Positions 46,676 to 60,723 of a stretch of 64,000 bases of DNA are shown piece after piece. The notes under the pieces are model-generated. The model saw nothing but the letters and a program-made list of their open reading frames with translations, made no database searches and was not told where the DNA came from. Made by a program: the position numbers and the translations under genes. The stretch's first letter is position 1. Every line of letters starts with the position of its first letter. The DNA comes from Eledone cirrhosa (Eukaryota). The DNA lies in NCBI GenBank assembly GCA_964016885.1, contig OZ024743.1, forward strand, positions 338,954,001 through 339,018,000. Reading direction: 5' to 3'.

Positions 46676-48600
46676 GATACATACACACGCATATATATAT
46701 AGGTTGTATCTTATCTTTGTCATGAGCGACAAGGATACTAGTTGTGTCTCTTGTTTTAGAAAAGCAGTAAGCAACACCAAACAACAACACATGGAAAATA
46801 TATTCAACATAGTATGCAGCAATATGTGAAATATATCCAACACTAACACAATTCAAAATGAAACTTTGAAAAGCTATTTATAGTGAAACTGGTTAGTGCA
46901 GAAACTAATTAGATAATCATGACTATTTCTGAAAACCCACCTATATTTAAAAAATATATATATTTATATTGTATGGACTAATTTCTTTCACTGTGTACTG
47001 TTTATAAAATACATTAGGTGCATCTTCAAATCATCATTATTATGTGTGTATATATATATACATATATATACATACACACGCATACAAATAAATGTTAAGA
47101 AAGGTTTATGTAATTACATAATTATATTTATTACGTTATGTGCATTTCTGTAGTTATGTATTTGCAACAACAGCTGGCATGGCATCATCAGTCAGTTACA
47201 TAAGAATAATTATGCATGAAAGTCTATAACAAGAAAATAAATAAGTTGTTGATATACCTCTACTAGAGGCATATATCCATAGTTGTGTGTGACTATGTAG
47301 CATATCTCTCTTTCTCTCTGCAAAAGGCAAACAGAAATAACAAAGTAAACAACAAAGTACTATGAAAAAATATATTATTAGTTTTAGTTTTATGCTTGTT
47401 ATAGAAAAAGAATCTTAATGTTTCAGACGCTAGTCCTTCATCTGGAAATAGAATGAGGAATTAAAGATGAAATAGAAAGATAGAGAAGACAAACAAAAAA
47501 ATTTCTAGAGAAAAACAGGTCTATTAACATCGCCATCTCTTGGAAAACTGTTGATGCTGGTATTGTTATGTCAGATGATCTTGTTTTGAAAGGCAGTGAT
47601 TGAACGCGTCTATCTGAAAAAGGAAAAAATTGTTTTGAATATAGAGTGTATATGTGTGCACATGCTTGTGTGTGTTTGTTATTCATACATATGAAGCTAA
47701 GCGGATATATGTGTGTATATGTAAGTTTAAGAGTGTGTGCGTGCAATGTATATATCGCACACACACACTCTTAAACTTATATACACGCAAACATGCACAC
47801 ACACACACACATATATATAGAGAGAGATAGGGAGAAATAGAGAGAGATATACAACAAAACAAGCATATAAATTAAGTTTTCAGTTGCCTACTCTGGGTTG
47901 GGGGTTGAGTTTCAATGGTAAAGGTGGTACTCAAAATAAATACAGAATTCTGCCACAGTATACTAATCAAAATAAACTAGTGGCTGTCTGAAACTAAAAG
48001 ACAAGATATGGCAGTGACCAGGCAAAATAGATTGGTACCTGCCTAGAAATTAAGAGACAATACAAAAGACAGGATGGCAAAAAATTGAAAGTAAAAACCC
48101 ATATCTTGAGACTGATATATGAAAAGTAATTAAAATTAGAGCCCTTTGATCAATAAATTGAAGCAGCCTTGATCGTTAAAGCAGACTCCACAAAATAGGA
48201 AAAACATACACACACATATATATATATATACATACATATGCACACAAACACACGTGTCAGGAAGGTGAGTAGACTTGCTTTAGTACTGATTTAGTCTGTG
48301 AAGACCCATTCCACCTTTGCTAGCAGGGAAAGTAGACATTTGATGAGGATGAACATGATAATCAATTTGTGTTGTGTATGTTAATGTTTTGTTGCCTTCT
48401 CCAGGTTTCATTAGCTGAGACTAATTTCACACTCTTACATATGCACACACACACACACACACACTAACACATGCTCACTCTCACATACACACTCTTACAC
48501 ATGCAACCGCATACATACTCTTACACATGCACACACACACACATTTTTTTGAGCTGCTCAATTATTTATTCATTCTATGCTGTCTTCTTTTGTCTTTCAG

Positions 48601-48708
48601 TTTAAACTTGCTACTAAATTACAATCTGGTGAAGACTACTCAATGCAGCTTAATCTTGCCAACACTGTTGTACCTGACGAATGTCACATGAAAATAACAC
48701 CTTTGAAG
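48601..48708 (+). CDS. SUGT1: SGT1/SUGT1 homolog, internal exon (CS domain)
   Basis: ttttgtctttcag|...TTGAAG|gtaact; 108 nt, phase 0/0; FKLATKLQSGEDYSMQLNLANTVVPDECHMKITPLK resembles the SGT1 CS segment (SGEDY motif). Confidence 0.85.
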
Positions 48709-48887
48709 GTAACTTTCCTGCAATGTACTTCTTAAATAATGTCGTTCAGTGGTAGAATTACATCTTATAGTCTCTGGTATGTGAGATATTCAGGGGAACT
48801 GGGCCACTAGCAGTGAGGTTCTTGTCATTGTTAGTGGCTTGCCTTAAGGTGATGTTTGTGAAAGTGTTTCATTATTTCAGCACCTTA

Positions 48888-49088
48888 GGGCAGTGGATTG
48901 GCAGTATCAGTAGAGTGTCAGACATCCTACTTCTCGGCATAGAGTTACAGCTCTTTACATTCTGAATTGAAATCCTGCCGAGGTTAGCTTTGTCTTTCAT
49001 CCTTATGGGGTCGATAAAATGTAGTACCAGTCATGCACTGGGGTTGATTTAATCACTGGCCTTGTGCCTAAATCAGAAACCATTATTT
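48888..49088 (+). mobile_element. tRNA-derived SINE (Nin/Deu-like)
   Basis: Similar to 25351-25535. Confidence 0.72.
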
Positions 49089-49450
49089 CAGCACCTTAGA
49101 CTCATTATCACCTGGCCTTACTGAAGTATCTGGAGATGCATGTGAGGGTGCTTGGCTATTTCAACACCTTAGCCTTGCTATGATCTGGCCTTACTGAAGT
49201 ATCAGGATACTTTAGAGGGTGCTTGGCTATTTCAACACCTTAGCCTTGCTATGATCTCGCCTTACTGGAGTATCAGGATACTTTTGAGGGTGCTTGGCTA
49301 TTCTAACACCTTTGTCTTGATATTACCTGGCCTTACTGAAGTATCGGGATGCGCATGACAGTACTTGGCTATACTAACACCTTAGCCTCACTATCACCCT
49401 GTCTTAGGGAAGTATCAGATGGTGCTGATGAGGATGCTTAGCTATTCCAG
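49085..49450. repeat. About 70-bp minisatellite, about 5 copies
   Basis: Recurring caccttag...ggccttactgaagtatc...gggtgcttggctat. Confidence 0.9.
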
Positions 49451-50532
49451 TGCTTTAATCTTACTATCATGCACAGAAATGCTGTGAGTGTCTTGGTGGC
49501 TTTTCTCAAAAATTTTAGAACATTCCCTGTTATAGTGTGTAATGTGCACAACTTTCTTTGTCTCTTTACATTTTATATAAATCCTAAATATTAATTTTAC
49601 ACTTTTCGGTGCCCTACAATGGGGAGGAAGCTGAGGGATTGGTAACTGGTGAGGGTGGGGGTTGATGGAACAAAAGATATTTAAAGGTGATGATGATGAT
49701 GGGTGGGGATGAGGGGGGTCTGTGTTTTTCAATTTAAAAAGCTTAACTCCATATCTCAATGAAGGGTTGGTAAACGTGAATGTCCTGCCTGTGGTATCTG
49801 GTAAAGGGTAGGGGTTAAATACCCTAATGTGAAGTATTTAGCTATCAATTCTCTCTTTTAGTTTTGATTTTAAATCGAGTGCAGTTATTTACTGACTTTC
49901 TAGGACAACTTTTGTTTTATTATTCTACATTACCTCATTACACATTGCTGTGGTACCAGCAATGTACAATGGTCCTATATTACCCCAGTATACTTAAATA
50001 TGATAGGGTTAGGAGGATTCTTCAGCTGATAAAGGCATGACAACTTCCCTAGTGCTGATGACATTATAATGCTCTTGGTAGAGCATGGGAAGGTTTGTAA
50101 GCGAGATGTAGCTTCATAGGAACGTAAGTAAGCAAGATGCAGCTCCCGGTTTCATCTGAGGGGTAGGGGACTAGATTGTTAATGTGTCAGAAGGGATGCT
50201 TGCAGTGTTTAGCTCTCTGCATTCTGAGTTCAAATCTTACCAGGAGTTGCAGCTTTCAGATAGTATCAATCAGCAATGGAATAACTAAGGGAAACATTGT
50301 TTCCTTGGCTGCTATTTCTAGTAGGTTAGTGATCACATAGAGACTCTTAGCAATGTTTTCCTCCACTTCTGCCTCTCCCCATCTCTCCCAGCCCCTCAGT
50401 CCAGCTTACTACTGACCACTCTGAGAGACTCGTAGCAATCTCTCCCTCCACTTCTACCCCTCTCCCCATCTCTCCCAGGCCCCTCAGTCCATCTCTTTAC
50501 CGACCATTCGACCATCTTTCCTCTCCACACAG

Positions 50533-50632
50533 ATTGAAGTGAAACTCAAAAAGAAACAAGATATCCATTGGAAAAACCTGGAAAGTTCACCAGACAGCAT
50601 CATCACCACACCAAATGCCTCAATATCAAAAG
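50533..50632 (+). CDS. SUGT1: SGT1/SUGT1 homolog, internal exon (end of CS domain and linker)
   Basis: ctctccacacag|ATTGAA...AAAG|gtaagt; IEVKLKKKQDIHWKNLE...; phase 0/1, in frame with the previous exon. Confidence 0.88.
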
Positions 50633-50921
50633 GTAAGTATCTTTAACACCAAAGACACCCACATCATCATCATCAACTACAATACTACCATCATCACAAT
50701 CATCATCATGATCCATAATTCCACCATTGTGTTATTTTTAGTTGCTTCAATAGTTATATACATCCACCATAACTTGTATATACACACCACATCTGTTATA
50801 TACACACTTGCCACACACCCACCACACTTATTATAAATATATTATAGATAATAGATCTGTTTAGCTTGCTTAATTTAATTTTGCTTCTGGGAAAATATGC
50901 ATATGGTTTCCTTTATTTTAA

Positions 50922-51983
50922 CCCTTTAGTGTTCAAAGCGACCAAACCCAGTCGAAATTATTTCCCCTTTGTTCAAACCGGCCAACAATACCTATACTGA
51001 ATTATCATTCTAAAAATAAACAATACCGTCATCAAAATCTCGTCAATTCGAGATTACTGCGAGATTAGACCTTTACCGTGGAAATTAACACTTAATATAG
51101 TGAAACAACACGTGTTTTTTTAACGTTGAAAGTACAACAGATTTTTTGTGTGTATCAACATGGCTTGTGAAAGTAGCGATACTGACTTGGAAAGTTTTAC
51201 ACGATAGCATTCAAAATGAACAAGAAACAAAAGATAATATTAGTGATTTATTTTCAAATGAATCAGAAGTGTATATTTCTGAAATTTCATCCAACGTTGA
51301 TTGTTGTTTTGAAAGTGAAAGCGAAGGAGATCTCCAGAACACCATTCAAAATATTACAACAACGTGGTTGAAAAATATTACACCAATACATGTTCCTGAT
51401 TTTATTCAAAATACTGGTCCACAACACATTATCTCCCTATGCTAAATCACTGGATTATTTCTTTTTGTTTTTGCCACAAACTTTCTTTGAAGTTGTGGAA
51501 GAAGAGATTAATTGATATGCCCAACAACAGATTTCAAATCAAGGAAAATCCAATCTTTTATGGCGACCAATAGATGCTGCAAGCATTTTTTACCATAAAT
51601 ATTATGTTCAGTATTATGTTCAAGACTGTGGAATTACTGGAGCACTGATATAAGGTTTAGTGACACTTATATATCAAGTATTATGCTGAAAACAAGGTAT
51701 TTAAAATTAAACCAGTATTTGCACCTTGTTGATACTTCAAATGCCCCTGTTAATTAATTTCATCTGCCCATAAAAGTCAAATTTAACAAAAAGAATCAAG
51801 TAAAAATATATAATTATAAATTATTGATATTTAAACATCTACTGACAAAATTTCAAGTCTGCACACAGAAAATTAAGAAAATTACAAACAAATAAAATTG
51901 ATAACCCTCTTCAGTACAATTAACTTAAAATAATGTGAATAGATAAACATGACATTTGACAAATTAATGTAAATGCTAAAGGG
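50922..51983 (+). mobile_element. piggyBac-type transposon, internally deleted
   Basis: TTAA|CCCTTTAG ... CTAAAGGG|TTAA; remnants NTGP, LDYFFLF, YWST, IMLKTRYLKLNQYLHLVD resemble PGBD-family transposase. Confidence 0.82.
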
Positions 51984-52094
51984 TTAAGGTACTCGAATGT
52001 AATTTCCCTATAATTAATTCTGAGCCTTGTTTAGGATATATATATATTTGTTTATATATATATATATATATACACACACATATACACACTAGAG

Positions 52095-55000
52095 CTACTT
52101 AACCATGTTCCAGCCATCTATCCATACAAATCTTCCAGGTATCCCTCTATTTCTCCAATTGCAAATGTTCTGCTCACACAATTATTGCTGTATTTATCAC
52201 TTCACTAGCTTCCACAACACATTAATTATTTACCCTAATTTTCTCTACCATGCTGCCTCTCTACAAAGTCATCTACTCCTATCGGTCTATTTTGCTATGA
52301 GATGCTACAGACCATGATTTGACTACCTACCTCACAATTTCCCTCACACCATCATAGCCTATTCGACCAATCAAACCTCTGGATGCCCCCCTCACCCACT
52401 ACCAACCCCAACAAACCCTGCCATTTCTACTACTACCTACCTCTCTCCTCCCCCGTCCCAGCCCAACACACCCTGCCATTATTACCACCACCACTGTTCT
52501 TCTAGCCCTGAATTTTCCTACCGTTATTTATGGATGAGCTGAGAATAAATGGAGCAACCCTGAATTAATAAATGAAAATGAACATCAATCTGCGAGCTAC
52601 CAAGCACCCATGTGAAGCTTCAATTCAGAGAGAGGAAGCACACGCACACCCCTGCAAAAATCGACCCTTCTCCACGAACGTTGAAAAATGCCCAAAACTC
52701 CGAGTTGGTACCATCAATGTAAGCACAATGAAAGGAAGAGCAGGAGAAATCGTAGAGATGCTAGAGCGAAAGGAAATTGATGTATACTGTGTGCAAGAGA
52801 CTAGATGGAGAGGAGAGTCTGCTAGAGTCCTTGTAGGAAAAAGTCAGTGCTACAAATTTTTCTGGGTGGGAAATGACGATGGGATGGGTGGTGTAGGTAT
52901 TCTACTATCTGACAAGTGGGTAGATAAAGTAATCTCAGTGAACAGGGTAAATGCAAGAATCATTAAACTCAGACTAGTCCTGAATAAAACAATTACCACA
53001 ATAATATCAGCTTACGCACCCCAATTGGGGTTGCCAGACGAGCTTAAGGATAGGTTTTACGAGTCCCTAATGCACACTACTGCTCTAACAAACGACAATG
53101 ACTTCCTAATCATTGCAGGAGATTTTAACGGACACGTAGGTAAACACTGTGACGGCTTCAATAGAGTCCTTGGAGGCCATGGGGTTGGCACAAGAAATGA
53201 AGAAGGATTCAGACTTCTAGAATTCTGCGACGCCAATGACATGTCGATATGTAACACAAACTACAAAAAACCCGACAACCACCTGATCACCTATAGATCA
53301 GGGGAGCATTCTAGTCAGATAGATTTTATCCTCATCAGAGGACGTGACAGATGGACGGTCGTAAACACAAAAGCCTTCCCTAGTGAGGAATATACCTCCC
53401 AACATAGCTTAGTTGTCAGCGACCTCACGGTCAGAACTAGACGAACCTGGAAATAGAGACCAACCTGGAGAAGAAAGATCTGGAAGCTGAAAGACCCCTC
53501 AGCCAGTAACAGATTTAAAGATATTTTACTCAACGCCTACGACAGTAAAGAAGAACAGATAGAGACATTCAATGTAGAAAAGCACTGGGAGTTCCTAAAA
53601 AATAACTTACTAGAAGCAACGGATGAGATCTGTGGCTGGAGTAAGACCACAAGCAGGAGGAGAGTGACTTGGTGGTGGAACAATAAGGTAGATGAGGCAG
53701 TTAAGGCCAAGAGACAGGCATGGAAAGAATGGAAGAACGGGGGAAGCATGGTACATTACATAGAGACCAAGAGGGATCTAGGCGACAAGTATACTTAGCA
53801 AGGAGGGAAGCAGAGGATAGACAATTCAAGCATGTTTTGCAACGTGAGGACCAGAAACAGGTGTTCAAGATTGCGAGGCAGTGTGTCAGAGAGAATTGTG
53901 ATGTCATTGGAGAGAAGTGTATCCGGAATGATAAAGGTGAGCTTGCCCTCACAAGTGCTGAGAAGAAAGGTGCATGGAAGAGCCATTATGATAGATTACT
54001 AAATGAGGAGAATGCATGGGAAGAAGAGACTCTACCCCAAGTAGACCCTATAGAGGGGCCAGCAGTACAAGTCAGCAGCAGCGTAGTAGGTAAGGCAATC
54101 AAAGATATGAAGATGGGGAAGGCAACCGGTCCATCGTGTATAGCTGCCGAGATGCTGAAGGCATCTGGGCCTGTAGATCACACTATAACCACACGTATTG
54201 TTAACCAGGTAATACTAGAAGGTGTCATACCAAAAGATTGGTGCAGTAGCATCATTGTCAACTGCTACAAAGGTAAAGGTGATGCACTAGATAGAGGAAA
54301 CTATAGAGGTATAAAGCTGATGGACCAGGTCATGAAAGTAACAGAAAGTGTTATAGCACAGTTGATCAGGGACCGGGTGAAACTAGATGAGATGCAATTT
54401 GGGTTTGTACCAGGAAGAGGCACCACTGATGCCCTCTTCCTTGTGAGGCAGTTACAGGAAAAGTACCTAGCTAAAAGTAAGCCACTCTACCTGGCATTCA
54501 TTGATCTCGAGAAAGCCTTTGACAGAGTTCCACGTGCTATAATCTGGTGGGCTCTTAGAAAACTAGGAGTAGATGAATGGCTTGTGAAAGCTGTACAACC
54601 CATGTATAGGGGAGCAGTCAGCAAAGTTAGGATTAGCAAAGAGTATAGCGAGGAATTTAGCGTACAGGCTGGTGTCCACCAGGGCTTTGTTCTTAGTCCT
54701 CTGTTCTTCATCATAGTCCTGCAGGCAATAACGGAGGAGTTTAAGACCGGATGCCCATGGGAACTCCTGTATGCAGATGACCTCGCACTTATAGCTGAAT
54801 CTATGGTAGAACTAGAGAAGAAATTCCAAACTTGGAAGCAGTGACTAGAAAGAAAGGGTCTCAAAGTCAACCTGACAAAGACTAAGATCCTTGTAAGTAG
54901 ACTAGAAAACAGAACCCAGATCCCCTCAGGGAAATGGCCTTGCTCAGTATGTAGGAAAGGTGTAGGTAGGAACTCCATTCTCTGCCCCAAATGCAAACAA

Positions 55001-56033
55001 TGGGTACACAAGAGATGTAGCGGGATCTCAGGAAGCTTAATTAAGAATGTAGGCTTCACATGCAGCACCTGTGCTGGGACAGCAAGCAGCAAACAGCCAC
55101 AGGAAACAAGTACCACCAATCTCTGGGAGGGCTCTGTAGAAACAGTAGACAGCTTCTGCTACCTAGGTGACCGAATTAGCAGCGGAGGTGGGTGTTCAGA
55201 AAGTACAATAACTAGGGTAAGAACGGGATGGAAGAAGTTCAGGGAACTACTGCCACTGCTAGTTGCAAAAGGCTTTTCCCTCAAAATGAAAGGCAGACTA
55301 TATGATGCGTGTATACGAACAGCAATGTTACATGGTAGTGAGACCTGGGCGCTGAAGGTGGAAGACTTATGTAGATTAGAAAGAAACAAAGCCTGCATGC
55401 TCCGATGGATGTGTAATAGTAATATACTCGAACGGCAAAGCATAAATGAATTGAGAGAGAGACTGAGCATAAGAGGAATCAAATGCTGTGTGCAGGAGAG
55501 GCGGTTGCGTTGGTATGGACATATGATGCGTATGAAGGATGACAGCTGCATAAAAAGGTGCAGAGCACTAGAAGTCAATAGAAACCGCGGAGTGGGGAGA
55601 CCCAAGAAGACCTGGGATGAGGTGATAAAAGCCGACCTTACCCAATTACACCTCTCAAAGGTGATGACACACGCCCGTGACCTCTGGCGCCACGCAGTAA
55701 TACAGAGTACCCGACCTCCCATGGGTACAAGCTGAAGCATATAGACAATATGCCCCCACACCTTCCCACTGCAAAGTGGTCGTGGAGGTGCCACGGTAAA
55801 AAAGCACCCAGCCCACACTGTAAAGTGGACGTGTAGGCGCCACAGAAAAAAGCACCCAGCACTCACTGTAAATGAGGTTGGTGTTAGGAAGGGCATCCAG
55901 CTGTAGAAATCAAGCCAAAATCAGTTCCTGTATGAGCAAGGCATGGTCAGCCAACCGGACACTGCCCACAACAGGACAACCCGTCTAACCCATGCTAGCA
56001 TGGAAGAATGGACGTAAAACGGTGATGATGGTG
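52095..56033 (+). mobile_element. RTE family A, longest copy (complete APE plus RT), with premature stops; 5' boundary uncertain
   Basis: LRVGTINVSTM, CVQETRW, SAYAPQ, GDFNGHVG, YADDL; stops at 53454 and 54842. Confidence 0.94.
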
Positions 56034-56359
56034 ACACACTCCCATCACATCTATTATACACCTACCCACCACACCTATTATACATCTACCTACATCTGTT
56101 ATACATCTACACATTGCCCGTCCTACCCATGCTAGCGTTGAAAATGGATGTTAAACGATGATGATGATGACACCACATCTGTTATATAAACCTACCAACC
56201 ACGCCTGTTATATACCCACCACAGCTGTTATATACACCCACTACACCTGTTATATACACCCATCACATCTGTCATACACCTACCCACCACATCTATTATA
56301 TACATCTACCCCATACACTTGCTATATATACACACCACACTGCCTTAAGGACCAGATGC

Positions 56360-56890
56360 AGCAGTAGCTGAACCAAACATCACATTGTTTATTATCAGAC
56401 AAAAGTTCTTTGATGGATTTAAACTCTAGATTTCATTATGCTGCATCCACAGTAAACCAATTCCGAGGTAGGAGTTGAAATGATAAGAGCTGAATCAAAC
56501 AAGACCCTGTTTACTATTGACCACATTGTCTACTATTGACAAAAATTCCCTGATGGATTCAAACTCCAGATCTCATCCTACATTATCACACCAAAGGGAA
56601 CCAATTCTGTGTTAGGAACAGATGTAACAGGGGCTGAATCAAACACCATATTAAACAAAAGTTCCCTGAGGGATTTGGACTCCAGATTTCATTGTACTAC
56701 GTTATCCTACAATCAAAGTGAACCGATTTCCAGGTAGGACCCGATGTGGTAGGGGCTGAATATTGTTCAATATTAGACAAAAGTTCCCTATTGGATCTCA
56801 TTATCCTACATTACCACACCAAAGTGAACCAAATTCTGTGGTAGGAGCAGATGTAACAGGGACAGGATCAAACAACCATATTGTCTAATA
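56360..56890. repeat. Degenerate tandem repeat, about 120-bp unit, 4 copies
   Basis: Recurring caaaagttccctgatggatt...actccagat...gaaccaatt...gggctgaatc. Confidence 0.8.
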
Positions 56891-56892
56891 AT

Positions 56893-57098
56893 GGTTTTAG
56901 GCAAAAGACCAACAATTTTTTGGGAAGGGAAAGTTGATTAAAATGATCCCAGTGCATTACTGGTACTTTATTTTATCGACCTTGTAAGGATGAAAGCAAA
57001 ACTAACCTCGGCAGAATTTGAACTCAGATCGTAAGGGGCCGTAACTTTATACCATAAAGCATGTCCAACGTCTCATTCATACTGCTAATCCACCGCCC
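56893..57098 (-). mobile_element. tRNA-derived SINE (Nin/Deu-like)
   Basis: Reverse complement contains ctgagttcaaattctgccgaggttag...tttcatcc...gtcgataaa...agtaccag. Confidence 0.75.
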
Positions 57099-57400
57099 TC
57101 ATATTGTCTAATATTAAATCTAGTTTTCTGAGACATTTCAACCCAGGATGCATATGCACACTTCACTGTATCACATGTTTGGTATATGCTTCGGTATCAT
57201 ATGTCTGTTGGACAGAGTCGTCATGCCATGATGAAATGACTGAGACCACTACCCACTATGTCATATATACACATTTACTTTACTTGTATTATTTATACAC
57301 CCATATCAATTATAACATACCCACCTCACCTCTTCTATACACCACACCATATTCTCTACACTGTCAGATAATGCAACACACATGTTTGTGTGCGTGTATG

Positions 57401-59184
57401 TCATCAGCATCATCGTTGTCGTTTTTACATCTGTTTTTCCATGCTTGCATGGGTTGGATGGGTCTTTCTTAGCACAGCATCTTTCCACTTGTCACATTCC
57501 TTCGTCATCTCCTCTGTGAGTCTCAGCAATTTGAGGTCAGCCCTCACAACCTCTGCTCAGGTCTTGGTCTACCTCTACTGCAGCTTCCTTCCTCTAGGAT
57601 TTTCTGGCATTTCTTCACCCATGGGTCATTGTCTATGTGCATCACATGTCCATATCAATGCAGTTTTCTCTCTTGCACACCACCTCAGATTCCTCTTAAA
57701 CCCAGATTCTTTCTCAACTCGTCCAAGCTCTGCCTTTCTCTCACACTTAGATTGCACATCCAATGAAGCATGGTTGCTTCATTTCTCTCCAGTTACTCAT
57801 GTTCTTTGCACTCACAGCCCATGTTTCACTATTATGCAGCATCGCACTTTACACACAAGCATCATCCAATCGTCCTTTTGTACATAGGGAGAAACCTTTT
57901 GTGGTTAACAGTGGGAGTAGCTCTCTAAACATTTTCCACCCTATCCCTATTTTAGCTATTATACTCTCAGTGCATTCTCTTCCACTACTAATTATGTCAC
58001 CTAGCTAGCAGAAGCTATCAACCACTTCTATGGACCCTGTGACTGGAAAAGGTTTTTATCACTGGCACTCTTCCTCTCGATTACCCCTGTGCATCTTCTA
58101 CATAGCAAGTCCTCCCTTCCTATTTGTCTAATTGTTATCTTACTATATCTCTTCTATACCCAACATTTAGATTGTATGGAGTTTTTGCCTACTCCTTTTT
58201 TACATTTTGAACAGAGCCACTTCCCTGAAGGAATCAGGGTCCTATCTTCTTTTCTACTCACTAACACCTTAGTGTTGGCAAAGTGTACCCTCAGACCTTT
58301 TGATTCCAAATTCTGTTTCCATAATTGGAATTTATTCTCTTGTGTTTTTATGGTTTCAACTATAAGGACCAAATCATCTGCATAGAGAAGTTCCCATGGA
58401 CAGCCCATTTTAAACTCCTCTCTTATGACCTGGAGGACTATGATGAACAGCAGTGGGCTAAGAACTGAATCTTGACGAACTCTTAACTGCACTTTGAATT
58501 GCTCACTAAACTCACTTTCTACTCTCACTTTACTGACTGTCCCTCTGTACATGACTTGCACTGCTCTCACAAGCTATTCTTCTACACCTAATTTCCTTAA
58601 GGATCACCAGATAATAGATTGAGGTACTCTGTCAAAAGCCTTTTCTAAATCTACAAAAGTTAAATATAGTGGCTTATTTTTTGGCTAGGAACTTCTCTTG
58701 TAGTTGCTTCACTTGGAAGAGAACATCTGTATACTTTTCCCAGGCATGAAACCAAACTATATCTTATCTAATTTGACTCTTTCAATAACTGTTTCTATCA
58801 CTGTCATAACTTGGTCCATTAGTTTTATTCCTCTATAGCTGCTTTTTTCTAGAGCATCACCTTTGCTCTTGTCGCTATTTATGATTATAATGCTGCGCCA
58901 GTCATTGGGTATGACTCCGTCATGTATTTTATTTACTATGTGGATTACTAGTTTGATTCCTACTTCTCTTGATGCTCTTAGAATCTCAGCAACTATCTCT
59001 GACAGTCATGCAGCTTTACCATTCTTCATATCTTTGATTGCATCTTTGACACCCAACTAAAACTGTCAACTTCAATAGCTGGTCCTTCTTTTGGGTAAGT
59101 TGGGGGTAGTTTCTCTTCCTCCCATTCATTCTCTACATTCATCAGTCTCTCATGGTAACATTTCCAGGCCTCTTTCTTTTGGGA

Positions 59185-59188
<4 letters not shown>
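57401..59188 (-). mobile_element. Older, degraded RTE (C-related), 5'-truncated
   Basis: [34 protein letters not shown]; many stops. Confidence 0.9.
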
Positions 59189-59222
<34 letters not shown>

Positions 59223-59579
59223 ATACCTGTGGTTATAGTGTTACTCATCTATTTCATGCTTAGATTACTCACTTACCTATGAAGATCTAAATTTACAGAT
59301 ATATGAACCAGTTGTTGGACAGCTGTTATATAATATATTACACTATCAACTCTTAAGTGATGAGTTAAATACCACAGCAGGGCAATGTAGATGCTGTGTG
59401 GTTTATATAAATATAAGTTATCACACATATCACACAACTGTGTATATTGTGTGGTTGATGTATATATCACTCAACAGTGCGTATATTATGTAGTTGATAT
59501 ATATATAAGATATCACACAGCAGCAGGTATGTTGTGGTTAATATATAAGGTATTACACAGCAATGTATATTGTGTGGTT

Positions 59580-59652
<73 letters not shown>

Positions 59653-59654
<2 letters not shown>

Positions 59655-60431
59655 GATAATAATGGAGCACTGCAAATGGGTTACATATGAAAAAGTTTGT
59701 CCTCATCAGTGGCCTTCCAACCGTCGTAGGCATTTCGTCGCATTAAAGGCCATATACCTCAGGTTGGTGCGAGCAACGGCTAAAAAAAGTCATTAGGACA
59801 CGTAAATAAAGGGGACGCTAGGGTAAACAAACAAAATGGTTTAAGCATCAGAAAGTGATGAAGAAGAAAGAAACAAGTCCCAGATTTCTATGAATATAAA
59901 TTCGGTGGAATCGTGAACGAGAGAATAAAGACCATCAAACCTGGTTGAAATGTGAGCAAGGAAGGAATTTCGCACAGGTCTAACGGGAGGAAGAAGGGGT
60001 CTGGTCTGCGAATTTGGTAAACATAAGTTCTGTGAAGTCGCAGACGAGAGAGAGAGAAAAAAAATTCATACCGGCTTGGCCAAGTGCCCGCGAGAAAAGG
60101 ATTACGGACAGGTCAAACGGGAAGAAAAGGGAGGAGGAGAGGTAGTGACAGAGAGTGAGTGAGTGAAAGGTGAGGAAGAGGCTAACAGAGAGAGAGAGAC
60201 TGCTAGAAAGGGTAAAGACACAAAGAACGAAACAGACTGGTGGCAGCGGAGGAAAAAATATATGTGTAAATATGATAATAATGGAGCTGCGGTGCTGCAA
60301 ATGGGTTACATATGAAAAAGTTTGTCCTCATCAGTGGCCTTCCAACCGTCATAGGCATTTCGTCGCATTAAAGGCCATATACCTCAGGTTGGTGCGAGCA
60401 ACGGCTAAAAAAAGTCGTTGGGACACGTAAA
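59653..60431 (+). repeat. About 155-bp direct repeats (59653-59806, 60272-60431) flanking a purine-rich spacer
   Basis: Near-identical copies; the second is followed by an RTE family C terminus. Confidence 0.88.
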
Positions 60432-60723
60432 ATGTCCCACCCTTGCAAGCAGGGAAAAGCGGACGTAAAATGATGATGATATATATATATATCATATCAT
60501 ATGGCAGTGCATAAGTTTTGTGGTTTATATTTACCAGCGGGCCCCATGGAAGTTCCACGGATGAAAAAATTAAGAGGAGCTATTTAAGAGACGTTTGTAT
60601 AGTTGTATGTCTCTTTTCCCCTGTTGTCTTAGTCTACCTTGTTATAAAATGATATGTCTCTGTTCTTCATTCATTTCCTCATGTTTCTGTACACATACAT
60701 ACACAACTCATTGCAATTGTGTG

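Noticed and set aside
46760-46766. 7-nt micro-exon (ttttag|AAAAGCA|gtaagc) of SGT1
   Set aside because: Splice-like flanks only, with no protein or transcript support
52095-52571. HDV-like ribozyme at the RTE 5' end (known for some RTEs)
   Set aside because: No nested double pseudoknot recognised, and the true 5' end is uncertain
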